From Eledone cirrhosa (lineage: Eukaryota): 64,000 bases of DNA. Positions 23,191 through 36,802 of the stretch are shown piece after piece. Made by a program: the position numbers and the translations under genes. Where the stretch lies: the NCBI GenBank assembly GCA_964016885.1, contig OZ024740.1, positions 1,116,001 to 1,180,000 on the forward strand, read 5' to 3'. The notes under the pieces are model-generated. The model saw only the letters and a list, made by a program, of their open reading frames with translations, ran no database searches and was not told the origin of the DNA. Positions within the stretch are counted from its first letter, which is position 1. Each line of letters starts with the position of its first letter.

Positions 23191-25593
23191 ATGGATTATT
23201 ACAACATAACCAATTCAACTAAAGACATTCCTATACCTGGTAAATCTGAATTCACCAAACTTCTTATTGAAAAAACTGACTCCTTCGTAAGAAGACTTAG
23301 ATGGACAGCCTATTTCTATGACCAGCGCCTAAAAGGGAACTTTCATACCAAAGAACACAACTTCCTTGATCATCTTTTTAATTCTAGACGAAATCCTCCT
23401 TCCAACAAAAATCTAGTACAATTCGAGGAAGAATTAACTAAAATAATTAAAAATCTTAAATTCAAGAGATACCCTTACAAAGGACAAGAGCACCTTGTAA
23501 ATCTCAAGAACACAATCTCTAACCTAAATTCCTCAAAAAATGTTTTAGTCCACTCTGACAAAACCAATAACCTATATGGTATTTCCAAGGATAATTATAA
23601 CAACCTTATCCTAAAGGAACTTAGGAAAAAGTATCGTAAAACCAACCATGAAAATTTAGAATGCATAAACCTTGAAGCCTATGAGATTATGTCAAAACTT
23701 GGCATTGAAAAAAAGACCGAACCATTCCTCCCAAGAACTCCGAGGATAAATCTCAAGGATCACAAAAACAATTTTCGCACTGAACTACCTGTTAGATTAA
23801 TCGCCCCCTCTAAATCTAATCTGGGGGTTGTTAGTAAAGCCATCTTGGATAGAATTATCCCACAGGTTAGTTCTAATTGCTCTTCTTTGAACCTAAATTT
23901 ATGGTTTGGTACTTCTGAAGTGATTGGCTGGTTCAACAAATTGGATAATAAAAACAAACTAAAATTTATTCAATTTGATATTGCCAGCTACTATTCCTCC
24001 ATTTCGCCTTCACTTCTCAATAATGCTCTATCTTTCGCACTTAAATATTCTGACATCACCACAGATGAACTTCACATCATCCTCACCGCACGTAAAACCA
24101 TCCTAGAGTTCAACAACGAATATTGGACCAGAGCCGATACCTCTAACAACTTCGACATCACAATGGGAGCATCCGATTCATCCCAATTGACTGATTTAAT
24201 TGGTATCTTCATTTTGAACTCTTTGAGTCGGAAAATTCCTCAACTTCGCGGTGGAATTTATCGTGACGATGGACTCTTTACTATCCTAAATTGCAATATA
24301 GTTAACCTTAATATTATTAAGAACAATATACGTAATCTCTTTAACCAACATAACCTAAAAATTGAATTTGATAATAGTATCAAACTAGCTAATTTCTTGG
24401 ATGTATCTCTTAATCTTGACACTGGCCTATATTACCCTTACCATAAAAACAATGAGAACCTTAATTATGTTAACTTTAAATCTAACCATCCTACCAATAT
24501 CAAGAATGCTATAGTTAATAATATTGGAAATAGAATATCTAACATATCTTCTAATAAAAACATCTTTGATGCTAACGCCAATTACTATAATAACGCACTT
24601 TCTAAAGCCGGCTATCCAGATAAAATCAAATATAGTAAAGAAACAAATTCTAGAAAAACTTACAGTAGAATAATTAATCATGACCATTCCAATAATTTTA
24701 ATAAAAGACCTAGATACAAAAACATAATCTGGTATAATGCTCCTTTCTCCATCTCTATTAATAACAATATTCCTAAATTATTTTTTAGTGCCTTAAATAA
24801 ATGCTTCCCTCCCTCACATATCTATAGTAAAATATTTAACAAACACACCATCAAATTTTCGTATTCTACATCCTCCAATATTTCCAACATCATCTCTAAA
24901 CACAACAATAAAATACTAAATACTAAATCTCTTCCTTCCAATATTGAATTTCATAATAACAGTAATAGTACTCCCGACGTCATTGTAAACCCTAGGCTAA
25001 CTTCTGTAAACCCAAATACAACGTCAAACACAACTTCGCTAAATGTTCATAATCCAACTCTAAATCAAGAAACTATTATTCCTATTATTCCTATCGCAAA
25101 CAACTTCTCCAATCCAATTCCTTCTATAGATAACACTAGATCACTCATTAATAATCTCTCTAATTGCAACTGCCGCATTAAAAATAAATGTCCTCTCAAC
25201 AACCATTGTCTCGATAAAAACTTAATTTATGAATGTAAAATTATAACTAACACCAATTCCTTCACCTATTTTGGCTCCACTTCCACCTCTTTTAAAGCTC
25301 GTCTCTATAATCATCATTCATCTTTCAAATACAAACTTAAAAGAACTAACACTGCTCTCTCAGAACTCATATGGTCCTTAAAAGACAAAAACATTAAATA
25401 TACCATCTTTTGGAAGAAGATTTCTTCTGCATCCTCATACTTGAACAGCTCTCTATCTAAAATCTGTAATCTCTGCCTAAATGAAAAATTTACCATTATC
25501 TCTAACCTAGATTCTATAATAAATAGACGCACAGATTTGTTTTCTATCTGCCTGCATAAATTCCATAGAACTTTTCACAAAGTATACAGTTAA
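23191..25593 (+). CDS. Penelope-like reverse transcriptase with C-terminal GIY-YIG endonuclease (Naiad-like)
   Basis: STKDIPIP N-terminus, QFDIASYYSSI, ITMGAS, IYRDDG, FLDV, CNCR..CPL..C, LIY..YFG, CNLCLNE..NRR..CLH; first plausible ATG at 23191. Confidence 0.93.
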   Translation: MDYYNITNSTKDIPIPGKSEFTKLLIEKTDSFVRRLRWTAYFYDQRLKGNFHTKEHNFLDHLFNSRRNPPSNKNLVQFEEELTKIIKNLKFKRYPYKGQEHLVNLKNTISNLNSSKNVLVHSDKTNNLYGISKDNYNNLILKELRKKYRKTNHENLECINLEAYEIMSKLGIEKKTEPFLPRTPRINLKDHKNNFRTELPVRLIAPSKSNLGVVSKAILDRIIPQVSSNCSSLNLNLWFGTSEVIGWFNKLDNKNKLKFIQFDIASYYSSISPSLLNNALSFALKYSDITTDELHIILTARKTILEFNNEYWTRADTSNNFDITMGASDSSQLTDLIGIFILNSLSRKIPQLRGGIYRDDGLFTILNCNIVNLNIIKNNIRNLFNQHNLKIEFDNSIKLANFLDVSLNLDTGLYYPYHKNNENLNYVNFKSNHPTNIKNAIVNNIGNRISNISSNKNIFDANANYYNNALSKAGYPDKIKYSKETNSRKTYSRIINHDHSNNFNKRPRYKNIIWYNAPFSISINNNIPKLFFSALNKCFPPSHIYSKIFNKHTIKFSYSTSSNISNIISKHNNKILNTKSLPSNIEFHNNSNSTPDVIVNPRLTSVNPNTTSNTTSLNVHNPTLNQETIIPIIPIANNFSNPIPSIDNTRSLINNLSNCNCRIKNKCPLNNHCLDKNLIYECKIITNTNSFTYFGSTSTSFKARLYNHHSSFKYKLKRTNTALSELIWSLKDKNIKYTIFWKKISSASSYLNSSLSKICNLCLNEKFTIISNLDSIINRRTDLFSICLHKFHRTFHKVYS

Positions 25594-26649
25594 TATTCAA
25601 TTCTTTATCAATTTAGAATCTTTTCTCAAAGGCACATATACATACACCTCTTTAAAATATACCCATCTTCCTACCATACTTTAAAGGGCTTTATACACTC
25701 TATAATACTTGTTTACTCATTACCCTCACTCTATCTTCACCTTGTAAAATCATTCATAACATATACATCTGTTTTTTTTTTTTGTTTTTTTTTTTTGACG
25801 TTAAAATATTTATCCGCAATCATTATTTTTTTTTTTTTTTCTCTCTCTCATAAATCTTTTTAATCTCAATTTCATCCTTAATTTATTTATTTATTTATTT
25901 ATTTTTTTTTTCTCCCCATCAACGAACTCATTCTTAATACATATTAACTCTATTCGCATATATTATCAATTCCTCCAATATACAAACTTTAACTTCACAT
26001 TATTTTTCTCAAATCCTTCTACACACAAACCTTAATAATTTTTCTCTTCGTTAATTTTGAAATTGCCACAACATACCCTTTTTTTAGAATATTCATCCAC
26101 AATTATTATTTCTTCTCTCTATCTTCATACATAAATTCCCTTCGTTAATTTTCAAATTCCTTTAATTTATACATTATCTTCCAACGGTTTCTCAACCTCT
26201 CTGTGTAAGGCAATGTATCTTTATCTCAGTTATAAAAACTATCTCTTTCTCTCTATCGCCCATCTCTCCCTCTCCACCTTCACTCTCATCTCCTCCCCCT
26301 TTTTTTCATCCTTTCCAGCCCCCCTCCTTAAATAAAATACTTTTTCCTCGCACATATCCTCCTTTCGTTGATTTTCAAAAATTTTTTGGGGTTTATACAT
26401 TATCTTCCAACGGTTTTCAACCTCTCTGTGTGGGACAGTATATCTCATCTCAGTTATAAAAGCTATCTCTTTCTCTCTATCACCCATCTCTCCCTCTCAT
26501 CTCCTCCCCCTTTTTCATCCTTTCCACACCCCCCTCTCTAAATAAAATATTTTTCCCAATATCACACATCAATCTAAAACCACTTTTCATATGTAGATTT
26601 AAAACTGCACTATCCACAAATGTTTTTTAGCCTTCATATCATGTTCTCC

Positions 26650-26720
26650 TGTTTTATCTGATGAAAACACAAATATTATTGCATGATGATGTTTGTTTTT
26701 GAAATGCGCATAATAAAATA
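26650..26720 (+). ncRNA. Type I hammerhead with palindromic stem III (inverted copy at 22273-22343)
   Basis: gttttat-CTGATGA-aaacacaaat..gtttgttttt-GAAA-tgcgca-TA-ataaaat. Confidence 0.88.
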
Positions 26721-26841
26721 CATGGAACTCCTTTAACCATCTTTTGATCTTATATTATGCATACTCCAGTCCTACAAACTGTAGAGTGCTTCTTATCCGA
26801 TATCTGCATTGCTTTATTGTACTACAATAAAACTCACCTCC

Positions 26842-26895
<54 letters not shown>

Positions 26896-27725
26896 GATAA
26901 ATCTACCAAGAGTTTACGGTAGTGTCCAATCCGTATGAAGAACTCAATGTAATCCGGATATCATGGAAAGAAGAGATGCAATGAAAAATCACTTTCGGTG
27001 AAAGATAAACGGAATACAGAGTCAAGATAAAATATTAAAAAAATAATGAATAAAACAATGAAACAGTTCCTTATATTAAACAAAAAAAGTTCATTATTTA
27101 ACGATCGTTTCTAGGATATATATGTGTTAGAATTGGCATGCATATTCAACAGATCTATGTACAAAATTATACAAAATTATACAAACTATCAAAATTAAAT
27201 ATACATACCAAACACATATATATGCCGTCTTCAGAAATAATGAAATATATTTATTGATAATAACAACAATTCAAAATTTCAGGTCTGTTAGGGAACAGAG
27301 TTCAAATTGACCAATGAAAATACAAAAAGTTTATGCAGCTAGGTGTGTGTATATACATGTAATTAACTTCGTTCACAGATATGCATAAAGATATATGTTC
27401 ACATGCATACGCATGCCAAAAAGATGTATGTAAATACAAAAATTCAAGGCTAATGTCTCTGTAAGTTTATAATCTACAGATAAAATGCGTATAGACACAT
27501 AAATATAAAACAAATATATACACACATTCATATACTCACACATATTCGTACATTCATACACACACGCGCGTATACGCATAAACATACACATAACTACGAA
27601 CATACATACACACATACACCCCCAGACACATATATATGTGTATATTCTATTATCATAAGCATATGGACATTAATGCACGCACATAAAACACTGCCACACA
27701 TACTTAGATCCAGATACAGAAATTA

Positions 27726-28270
27726 ATTGAGTGATGAATAGCTTTTGTTTTATTTTAACATGTCTATTGAGCACTCTTATTCGATATGTGTATTTCCACA
27801 TTTCCTCGAATAGTTTTCGCGGATGTAGAGGTTATCTCCCTTGTCGAATGCCATGTGCGTATTTCACTGGTGGTTAGCCACTTATCCGCTAGGAAAAAGC
27901 TCGTTGATGAAGTAAACTCCATTCCTCTTGCTCTAGTAGGCTTTTATATTTATATGTGAGCTGATAGAGTACAGTCTAAGGATTTACAGAAACCCAAGAA
28001 GCTAGATTTAACACCTTTCTAGTGGGTCCGGGTATGATTTTACATTCATTTAAATTATTGATGTATTGTTTTATTGATATTTTTTATCTGTTTGTCCCGA
28101 ATCTTCTATTATCGATTTTTTATCGTATGGTTGATTGTAGACTTGTTCTATGTGTGACGGTATTTTAACGATAGTTATAGCTCTGATTCATCTGAATTAT
28201 TGAGCCCTGTGCCGCTCATTTCGAATATTGTTTATCGTGAACTCGTGCGCCGATTTTTCGATACTCGATC

Positions 28271-28275
<5 letters not shown>
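27726..28275 (+). mobile_element. Family-F element with extended type I hammerhead (27899-28033)
   Basis: gctcg-TTGATGA-a-gtaaactcc...ggatttac-a-GAAA-ccca...tggg-TC-cgggt. Confidence 0.65.
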
Positions 28276-28310
<35 letters not shown>

Positions 28311-28338
28311 ACACACACACACACACATATACATATAC

Positions 28339-28369
<31 letters not shown>

Positions 28370-28780
28370 TATACACATATATATACACATATATATATAC
28401 ATATACATACACATACATATATATATACAAACAAGTAAAATATAAAATATATATCGATATACATACATATACACATATATATATACACACACACATACAC
28501 ACACATACATATACATACATATACATACACATATATACAAACACATACATACACATACATATACATACACATACCATATAAATACACATACACATACACA
28601 CACGCATACATATAGAGACACATACATATACACATATAAATACATAGACATATACACACATACACACACATATATATATATATATATTTTTACACATATA
28701 TACACATACATGCATACATATATACATATATATATATATATACATTCACAACACACGTATATATATACACACACACATAC

Positions 28781-28815
<35 letters not shown>

Positions 28816-28908
28816 CATACATATATATATATATATATACAGACACATCTACACACACATATATATAAACACACTCATATATATACACACATACACATAC
28901 ATACCCAC

Positions 28909-28951
<43 letters not shown>

Positions 28952-28964
28952 CACACATACACAT

Positions 28965-29025
<61 letters not shown>

Positions 29026-29469
29026 CACACACATACATATATACACACATACACACACATACATATATACACACACACACATACACACACATACACATAC
29101 ACATATATATACATATATATATATATATACATATACATACATATATACACACATACATACATACACACACACATACATACACACACATACATACTCATAC
29201 ATAGACATAGATATATACTCACACACACATACACACTTACATATTCGCATATATACAAATACATACACATCCATATATGCGTATATACATACAAACACCA
29301 CTACACGCTCACACAACTCAGACATACAAAGAAAAAGGCATATACATACATATATATACATATATAAATAGAGATACATATACATATATAAATATATACA
29401 CACGTACACACATAAACACACATACATACACATACATACACACATACATATATATATACACACACACAA

Positions 29470-29546
<77 letters not shown>

Positions 29547-29738
29547 CACATATATATATATATATATATACATACACACACACATACATACATACATACA
29601 TACACATACACATACATATATATAAAAAAATAAAGAAATAAGATAAATAAAAAAATAAATAAATTAATACACACAGTCAGACAAATATGCACACACATAC
29701 ATATACATATATATATATATACACACACATACATATAC

Positions 29739-29771
<33 letters not shown>

Positions 29772-29811
29772 CACATACATATACATATAAATACATATAC
29801 ACACATCAACT

Positions 29812-29847
<36 letters not shown>

Positions 29848-29873
29848 TTTTATATATATATATTATAATAATA

Positions 29874-29940
<67 letters not shown>

Positions 29941-30111
29941 CTCACATATATATATGCGCACATACGTACACATATACACATACATACATATACACATAGA
30001 CATATACATGTGCATACATGTACATACACACATATACCCACATAGATACATAGATACACATATATATAGAGACATACATATACACACACATATATACACA
30101 CACATATACAC

Positions 30112-30158
<47 letters not shown>

Positions 30159-30369
30159 ATCATACACCCTTATTTGCATGCGCATATATGTATTTTTATA
30201 CTCACATATAAACACCCAAACATACATACCTACACACATATACCACGGAAATTTTTGTACTGTATGTGTGTGTTAATTTTATATTTATGTATATACATAT
30301 ATATGTATGATTTTGTAAACCCATATACATTTAGTTGAGCTCTTTCAATTGTCCATCATCCATATCACA

Positions 30370-32802
30370 ATGGAAAAACAATATTTGGGAACCTCTTTAA
30401 AGAACATACCAATACCTTCTAAGGATGACTTCTTACTCCTTATGATTCAAAAAACTAACCAATTTATCAGAAGTGTTAGATGGAGGGCCTACCACTTCGA
30501 TAAAAAATCTAAATATGCAGATAAGAAATATATGTATGATTTCAATACTTACAAGAATCCACCACACAACTCTTTACTTGAAGACTTTGAGAAAGACCTT
30601 TTTAATTTAATTAAACACCTCAAATTTAAAAAGTATAAATCCGTCTTTCAAAAGGACCTTGATTCTACCCTATTGGACCTAAAAAAGTCTAAAAAAATCC
30701 ATGTCCACTCGGACAAAACTGGTAACTTGTATCACATGGATATTGAAGATTATAATGAGTTCATATATAAAGAACTCAGGAAAAATTATAAAAAATCTAA
30801 TAATGCGTCACTCACCAACATCAACAACAAAACACACAACATAGTAAAAAAACTAAACATTGAAGATAGAACTGAACCTTTGGCATTGAAAAGACCACAC
30901 TTCAACCTGAAGGATCATAAATCAAACTTTAACTCAAATCCTTCTATAAGACTTATATGTCCCTCCAAATCTGATATTGGAATAATTAGCAAAAAAATTT
31001 TGGATAGAGTCATCCCACAAATAAGAAAACACGTTATTTTACCACTCTGGGAAAACACTTCCCAGGTAATTAACTGGTTTAAAAATATTAGATGTAAATC
31101 TTCTGCTTCATTTCTACAATTTGATATAGATAATTACTATTCTTCTATATCACCTATACTCCTGAACAAAGCATTGATATTTGCTAAAAATAGATCTAAC
31201 TTAACTTTGGATGACATTAATATTATTACACATGCTAGACTAACACTTATTGAATTTCAGAATGAATACTGGACCAGAAACACATATAGTAATCTATTTG
31301 ATATTACTATGGGTTCAAGCGATTCCGCCCAAATTACTGATCTTGTGGGCCTCTTTCTCCTTTTCAACATAAATGCCTCCTTTCCCCATCTTAAAGGTGG
31401 TTTATATCGTGATGACTGTCTTCTTCTTTCCAACAACCTTAGCCTTTCAGAAATAGAAAAAAACAAAAAGCATATTAGAACTTTCCTTAAAGACTATTAT
31501 AGTCTTCATATTACTTTTGAAAAAACAAGTAAAGTAGTAAATTTCCTAGATATAACTTTAGACTTAGCTACGGGTATCTACCAACCTTACCATAAACCCA
31601 ACCAAAACTTACATTACATACACTCACAATCTAATCACCCTAAATCTATCCTTAAAAACCTTGCATATAATATATCACTTAGAATTTCTAACCTTTCTTC
31701 TAACCAAGATGTATTTGATAAAAATGCGACCTTCTATAACGAAGCTCTAGATAGAAGTGGCCACAAAAATAGATTAGAATATATACCTTCTACTAAAAAT
31801 ACTAAAAACATACAACCTAATATTACCAACAAACACCAAATGAAAAGTACACACCTAAATGCCACCCACACTATACCCCAAAATACCAAATCTTCTAATA
31901 TAAAGTATAGTAACTCTCAAAAAACTACTCATCATACAACTCTAATAAATGTTAATAATAAAACTCCTAATAAACAAGATAAAACACCTAAATCTACAAA
32001 TATAACTAAAAATGTGTGTGGTGAGATCATTAACATTAATCCTCCTAGTAAACATCACGATACAACCTATAAAAATAATAAACAACATAGAAACCGTAAT
32101 AGACGGGTTACTTGGTATAATGCTCCATTTAATTTACAAATTAAGGATAATATTGCTAAAAAAAATTTTTATATCCTAGAGAAAAACTTCCCGCCAAACC
32201 ACAAATACCATCAAATCTTAAATAGGTCTACAGTTAAATTCTCATACTCAACAACAAATAACATAAAACAAAATATAAGTGCCTATAATGCATATAAATG
32301 TAAGAAAACCATAAGTATACCACCAATACATCAAACTAACCATAATATCTCCTCAAATACAGAATTAACGAAAGGTTGTAACTGTAGAAACAAAGCAAAC
32401 TGCCCATTAAAAGGAAATTGTCTTGTTAACAACATAGTTTATAAATGTAATGTTAAAACTAAGGATTCTATTTGCTCATATATAGGAGCTACTTCTAACA
32501 ATTTTAAGACAAGGTTTAATACCCACAAACATAGTTTTAAAAATGCCGCACTGGCTAATACAACATCTCTAGCAGAAAAAATCAATAGTTATAAAAATAA
32601 GAATATAGAATATGATTTGACCTGGAGTGTGCTCAAAAGAGCCACCCCTTATCAAAATAATATAAATGAATGTAGATTATGTTCCCAAGAACTATTTGAA
32701 ATAATGAAATCTAAGGATATCCTATTAAATAAACGACAGGAATTAATGATATCGTGTAATCATAAACTAAGAAAAACATTTAAATATTATAAACCTAATT
32801 AA
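30370..32802 (+). CDS. Penelope-like reverse transcriptase with C-terminal GIY-YIG endonuclease (Naiad-like)
   Basis: SLKNIPIP, QFDIDNYYSSI, ITMGSS, LYRDDC, FLDI, CNCR..CPL..C, IVY..YIG, CRLC..E, LLNKRQE..CNH; ATG at 30370. Confidence 0.94.
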   Translation: MEKQYLGTSLKNIPIPSKDDFLLLMIQKTNQFIRSVRWRAYHFDKKSKYADKKYMYDFNTYKNPPHNSLLEDFEKDLFNLIKHLKFKKYKSVFQKDLDSTLLDLKKSKKIHVHSDKTGNLYHMDIEDYNEFIYKELRKNYKKSNNASLTNINNKTHNIVKKLNIEDRTEPLALKRPHFNLKDHKSNFNSNPSIRLICPSKSDIGIISKKILDRVIPQIRKHVILPLWENTSQVINWFKNIRCKSSASFLQFDIDNYYSSISPILLNKALIFAKNRSNLTLDDINIITHARLTLIEFQNEYWTRNTYSNLFDITMGSSDSAQITDLVGLFLLFNINASFPHLKGGLYRDDCLLLSNNLSLSEIEKNKKHIRTFLKDYYSLHITFEKTSKVVNFLDITLDLATGIYQPYHKPNQNLHYIHSQSNHPKSILKNLAYNISLRISNLSSNQDVFDKNATFYNEALDRSGHKNRLEYIPSTKNTKNIQPNITNKHQMKSTHLNATHTIPQNTKSSNIKYSNSQKTTHHTTLINVNNKTPNKQDKTPKSTNITKNVCGEIININPPSKHHDTTYKNNKQHRNRNRRVTWYNAPFNLQIKDNIAKKNFYILEKNFPPNHKYHQILNRSTVKFSYSTTNNIKQNISAYNAYKCKKTISIPPIHQTNHNISSNTELTKGCNCRNKANCPLKGNCLVNNIVYKCNVKTKDSICSYIGATSNNFKTRFNTHKHSFKNAALANTTSLAEKINSYKNKNIEYDLTWSVLKRATPYQNNINECRLCSQELFEIMKSKDILLNKRQELMISCNHKLRKTFKYYKPN

Positions 32803-33293
32803 TAACATTATTTTAGAAATTAATATATAATTTAATTTAAATGTTAGTTAACCTATAAATTTAATTTAATTAAAATTCTACTACAGATGAGATTATAAAT
32901 TTTGTGTAATCATAAATTGTGAAAAACTTTTAAATATTACTAATATATACTTAGTAATTTAATTTATAGATTAATTTTAATTTATTTAACCTTTTATTAA
33001 AATTCCTTTACAGATAAAATATAACAAAATATCGTGTATTCAATGACAGAGAAATAAATTTTAGTATTATAGACCTAATTAATGTACATTTTAGAAATAT
33101 ATTTATAATTTGGTTTTAAATTTGGTCAACCTAAAAATTTAATTTAATTGGCTTAAAATTAGTATCCTAATACAGATGGATTGCAGAGTGTCATGTAATC
33201 ATAGAATGAGATAGGTTTTGGATGTATACCTAGTTAATATATTCTTTGCAATTTTTGAAAAAATATGTATATGTATGTATATATATGTATGTG

Positions 33294-33326
<33 letters not shown>

Positions 33327-33879
33327 GTATATGTATATGTGTATGTATTAATTTTAATTTCTGTTTACCTATAATTATATTCTACTATATATAAAGTACA
33401 ATATCTGTTTTAATTATTATATACCTAATTAACATATACTATAGAAATTAATATATAATTTTTAATTTAGTTAACCTATAATTTATATTCTACTACCGAT
33501 GTAATACTTTATTTGTTTTTTCCCTATTACTAAATTCATTTCCTAATATTGATACCATAACGTTAATAATTTTAATTTAGTTATACTATAATTAATACTC
33601 TACTACTATTTAACTTCAAAATTCTGCTTCAAATATTATAAACCTAAGTAGTATACACCTTAAAAATCAATATATTAACTATCTTTAGTTTAGTTAACCT
33701 ATAATTAATGGTATACTTATATTGAAATGCATAGTTTTGCCTTCTTTCTTACATTTCCTAATACTGAAACTATGTAAACACATATTATGATCTAAATGCA
33801 GATTAATATTCTATGTTTCTTGAAACATATATTTACTATAATCCCCCCCCCCTACTATTATTATTTGTATTTGTAAGCG

Positions 33880-34181
33880 TGGATGTATGTATGTATATGT
33901 AGGTAGGTATGTATGTTTGGGTGTTTATATGTGAGTATAAAAATACATATATGCGCATGCAAATAAGGGTGTATGATTGTGTGTATATATATATATGTAT
34001 ATATATATATGTGTATTTGTGTGTGTATATATGTGTGTGTATATGTATGTCTCTATATATATGTGTATCTATGTATCTATGTGGGTATATGTGTGTATGT
34101 ACATGTATGCACATGTATATGTCTATGTGTATATGTATGTATGTGTATATGTGTACGTATGTGCGCATATATATATGTGAG

Positions 34182-34242
<61 letters not shown>

Positions 34243-34268
34243 TATTATTATAATATATATATATAAAA

Positions 34269-34318
<50 letters not shown>

Positions 34319-34358
34319 AGTTGATGTGTGTATATGTATTTATATGTATATGTATGTG

Positions 34359-34391
<33 letters not shown>

Positions 34392-34575
34392 GTATATGTA
34401 TGTGTGTGTATATATATATATATGTATATGTATGTGTGTGCATATTTGTCTGACTGTGTGTATTAATTTATTTATTTTTTTATTTATCTTATTTCTTTAT
34501 TTTTTTATATATATGTATGTGTATGTGTATGTATGTATGTATGTGTGTGTGTATGTATATATATATATATATGTG

Positions 34576-34658
<83 letters not shown>

Positions 34659-35151
34659 ATATATATATGTATGTGTGTATGTATGTGTATGTATGTGTGT
34701 TTATGTGTGTACGTGTGTATATATTTATATATGTATATGTATCTCTATTTATATATGTATATATATGTATGTATATGCCTTTTTCTTTGTATGTCTGAGT
34801 TGTGTGAGCGTGTAGTGGTGTTTGTATGTATATACGCATATATGGATGTGTATGTATTTGTATATATGCGTATATGTAAGTGTGTATGTGTGTGTGAGTA
34901 TATATCTATGTCTATGTATGAGTATGTATGTGTGTGTATGTATGTGTGTGTGTATGTATGTATGTGTGTATATATGTATGTATATGTATATATATATATA
35001 TATGTATATATATGTATATGTATATATATGTGTATATATATATATATATATATTTATTATATGTGTGTGTGTGTGTATATATATCTTTATATATGTGTAT
35101 GTGTATGTGTGTGTATGTGTGTGTGTGTATATATGTATGTGTGTGTATATG

Positions 35152-35196
<45 letters not shown>

Positions 35197-35209
35197 ATGT
35201 GTATGTGTG

Positions 35210-35252
<43 letters not shown>

Positions 35253-35321
35253 GTGGGTATGTATGTGTATGTGTGTATATATATGAGTGTGTTTATATAT
35301 ATGTGTGTGTAGATGTGTCTG

Positions 35322-35372
<51 letters not shown>

Positions 35373-35783
35373 GTATGTGTGTGTGTATATATATACGTGT
35401 GTTGTGAATGTATATATATATATATATGTATATATGTATGCATGTATGTGTATATATGTGTAAAAATATATATATATATATATGTGTGTGTATGTGTGTA
35501 TATGTCTATGTATTTATATGTGTATATGTATGTGTCTCTATATGTATGCGTGTGTGTATGTGTATGTGTATTTATATGGTATGTGTATGTATATGTATGT
35601 GTATGTATGTGTTTGTATATATGTGTATGTATATGTATGTATATGTATGTGTGTGTATGTGTGTGTATATATATATATGTGTATATGTATGTATATCGAT
35701 ATATATTTTATATTTTACTTGTTTGTATATATATATGTATGTGTATGTATATGTATATATATATGTGTATATATATGTGTATA

Positions 35784-35814
<31 letters not shown>

Positions 35815-35842
35815 GTATATGTATATGTGTGTGTGTGTGTGT

Positions 35843-35878
<36 letters not shown>
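33880..35878. repeat. ~2-kb cryptic (RY)n microsatellite inside the 3' UTR of element 2, mirrored at 28276-30240
   Basis: Same unique interruptions in reverse-complement order in both tracts. Confidence 0.9.
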
Positions 35879-36475
35879 TTTCTTGATATATTGCTTTTTT
35901 CTTTTTCTTTTCTTTTTATTTCTAAGTTTATAGATACATTTATAAATAGGCAGTCTGCTGACACCGTTGAATACTGACCTCTCCCCCCCCCACCTAATTT
36001 CTGTATCTGGATCTAAGTATGTGTGGCAGTGTTTTATGTGCGTGCATTAATGTCCATATGCTTATGATAATAGTATATACACATATATATGTGTCTGGGG
36101 GTGTATGTGTGTATGTATGTTCGTAGTTATGTGTATGTTTATGCGTATACGCGCGTGTGTGTATGAATGTACGAATATGTGTGAGTATATGAATGTGTGT
36201 ATATATTTGTTTTATATTTATGTGTCTATACGCATTTTATCTGTAGATTATAAACTTACAGAGACATTAGCCTTGAATTTTTGTATTTACATACATCTTT
36301 TTGGCATGCGTATGCATGTGAACATATATCTTTATGCATATCTGTGAACGAAGTTAATTACATGTATATACACACACCTAGCTGCATAAACTTTTTGTAT
36401 TTTCATTGGTCAATTTGAACTCTGTTCCCTAACAGACCTGAAATTTTGAATTGTTGTTATTATCAATAAATATAT

Positions 36476-36630
36476 TTCATTATTTCTGAAGACGGCATAT
36501 ATATGTGTTTGGTATGTATATTTAATTTTGATAGTTTGTATAATTTTGTATAATTTTGTACATAGATCTGTTGAATATGCATGCCAATTCTAACACATAT
36601 ATATCCTAGAAACGATCGTTAAATAATGAA
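36476..36630 (+). ncRNA. Type I hammerhead with 116-nt hairpin stem II (copies 27090-27244 -, 6925-7076 -, 7101-7249 +)
   Basis: ttcattattt-CTGAAGA-[116 nt]-GAAA-cgatcg-TT-aaataatgaa; perfect 10-bp stem I. Confidence 0.82.
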
Positions 36631-36688
36631 CTTTTTTTGTTTAATATAAGGAACTGTTTCATTGTTTTATTCATTATTTTTTTAATAT

Positions 36689-36802
<114 letters not shown>

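Larger units (their letters stand above)
22235..26845 (+). mobile_element. Full-length Penelope-like element 1 with inverted 5' pLTR arm (22235-23115 vs ~25900-26758)
   Basis: Intact RT/GIY-YIG ORF, ~870-bp inverted arms, hammerheads in both arms, inserted in (TA)n. Confidence 0.92.

Noticed and set aside
23191-32802. Selenoprotein-type Penelope (Naiad) recoding
   Set aside because: Both ORFs are uninterrupted and end in TAA; there is no in-frame TGA and I saw no SECIS.
28197-35977. Dozens of long Y/I/C/V/M/H/T-rich ORFs (also 12448-12968, 45081-45686, 53957-54752, 62148-62786)
   Set aside because: They are translations of (TA)n/(CA)n/(TG)n microsatellites, which lack stop codons.
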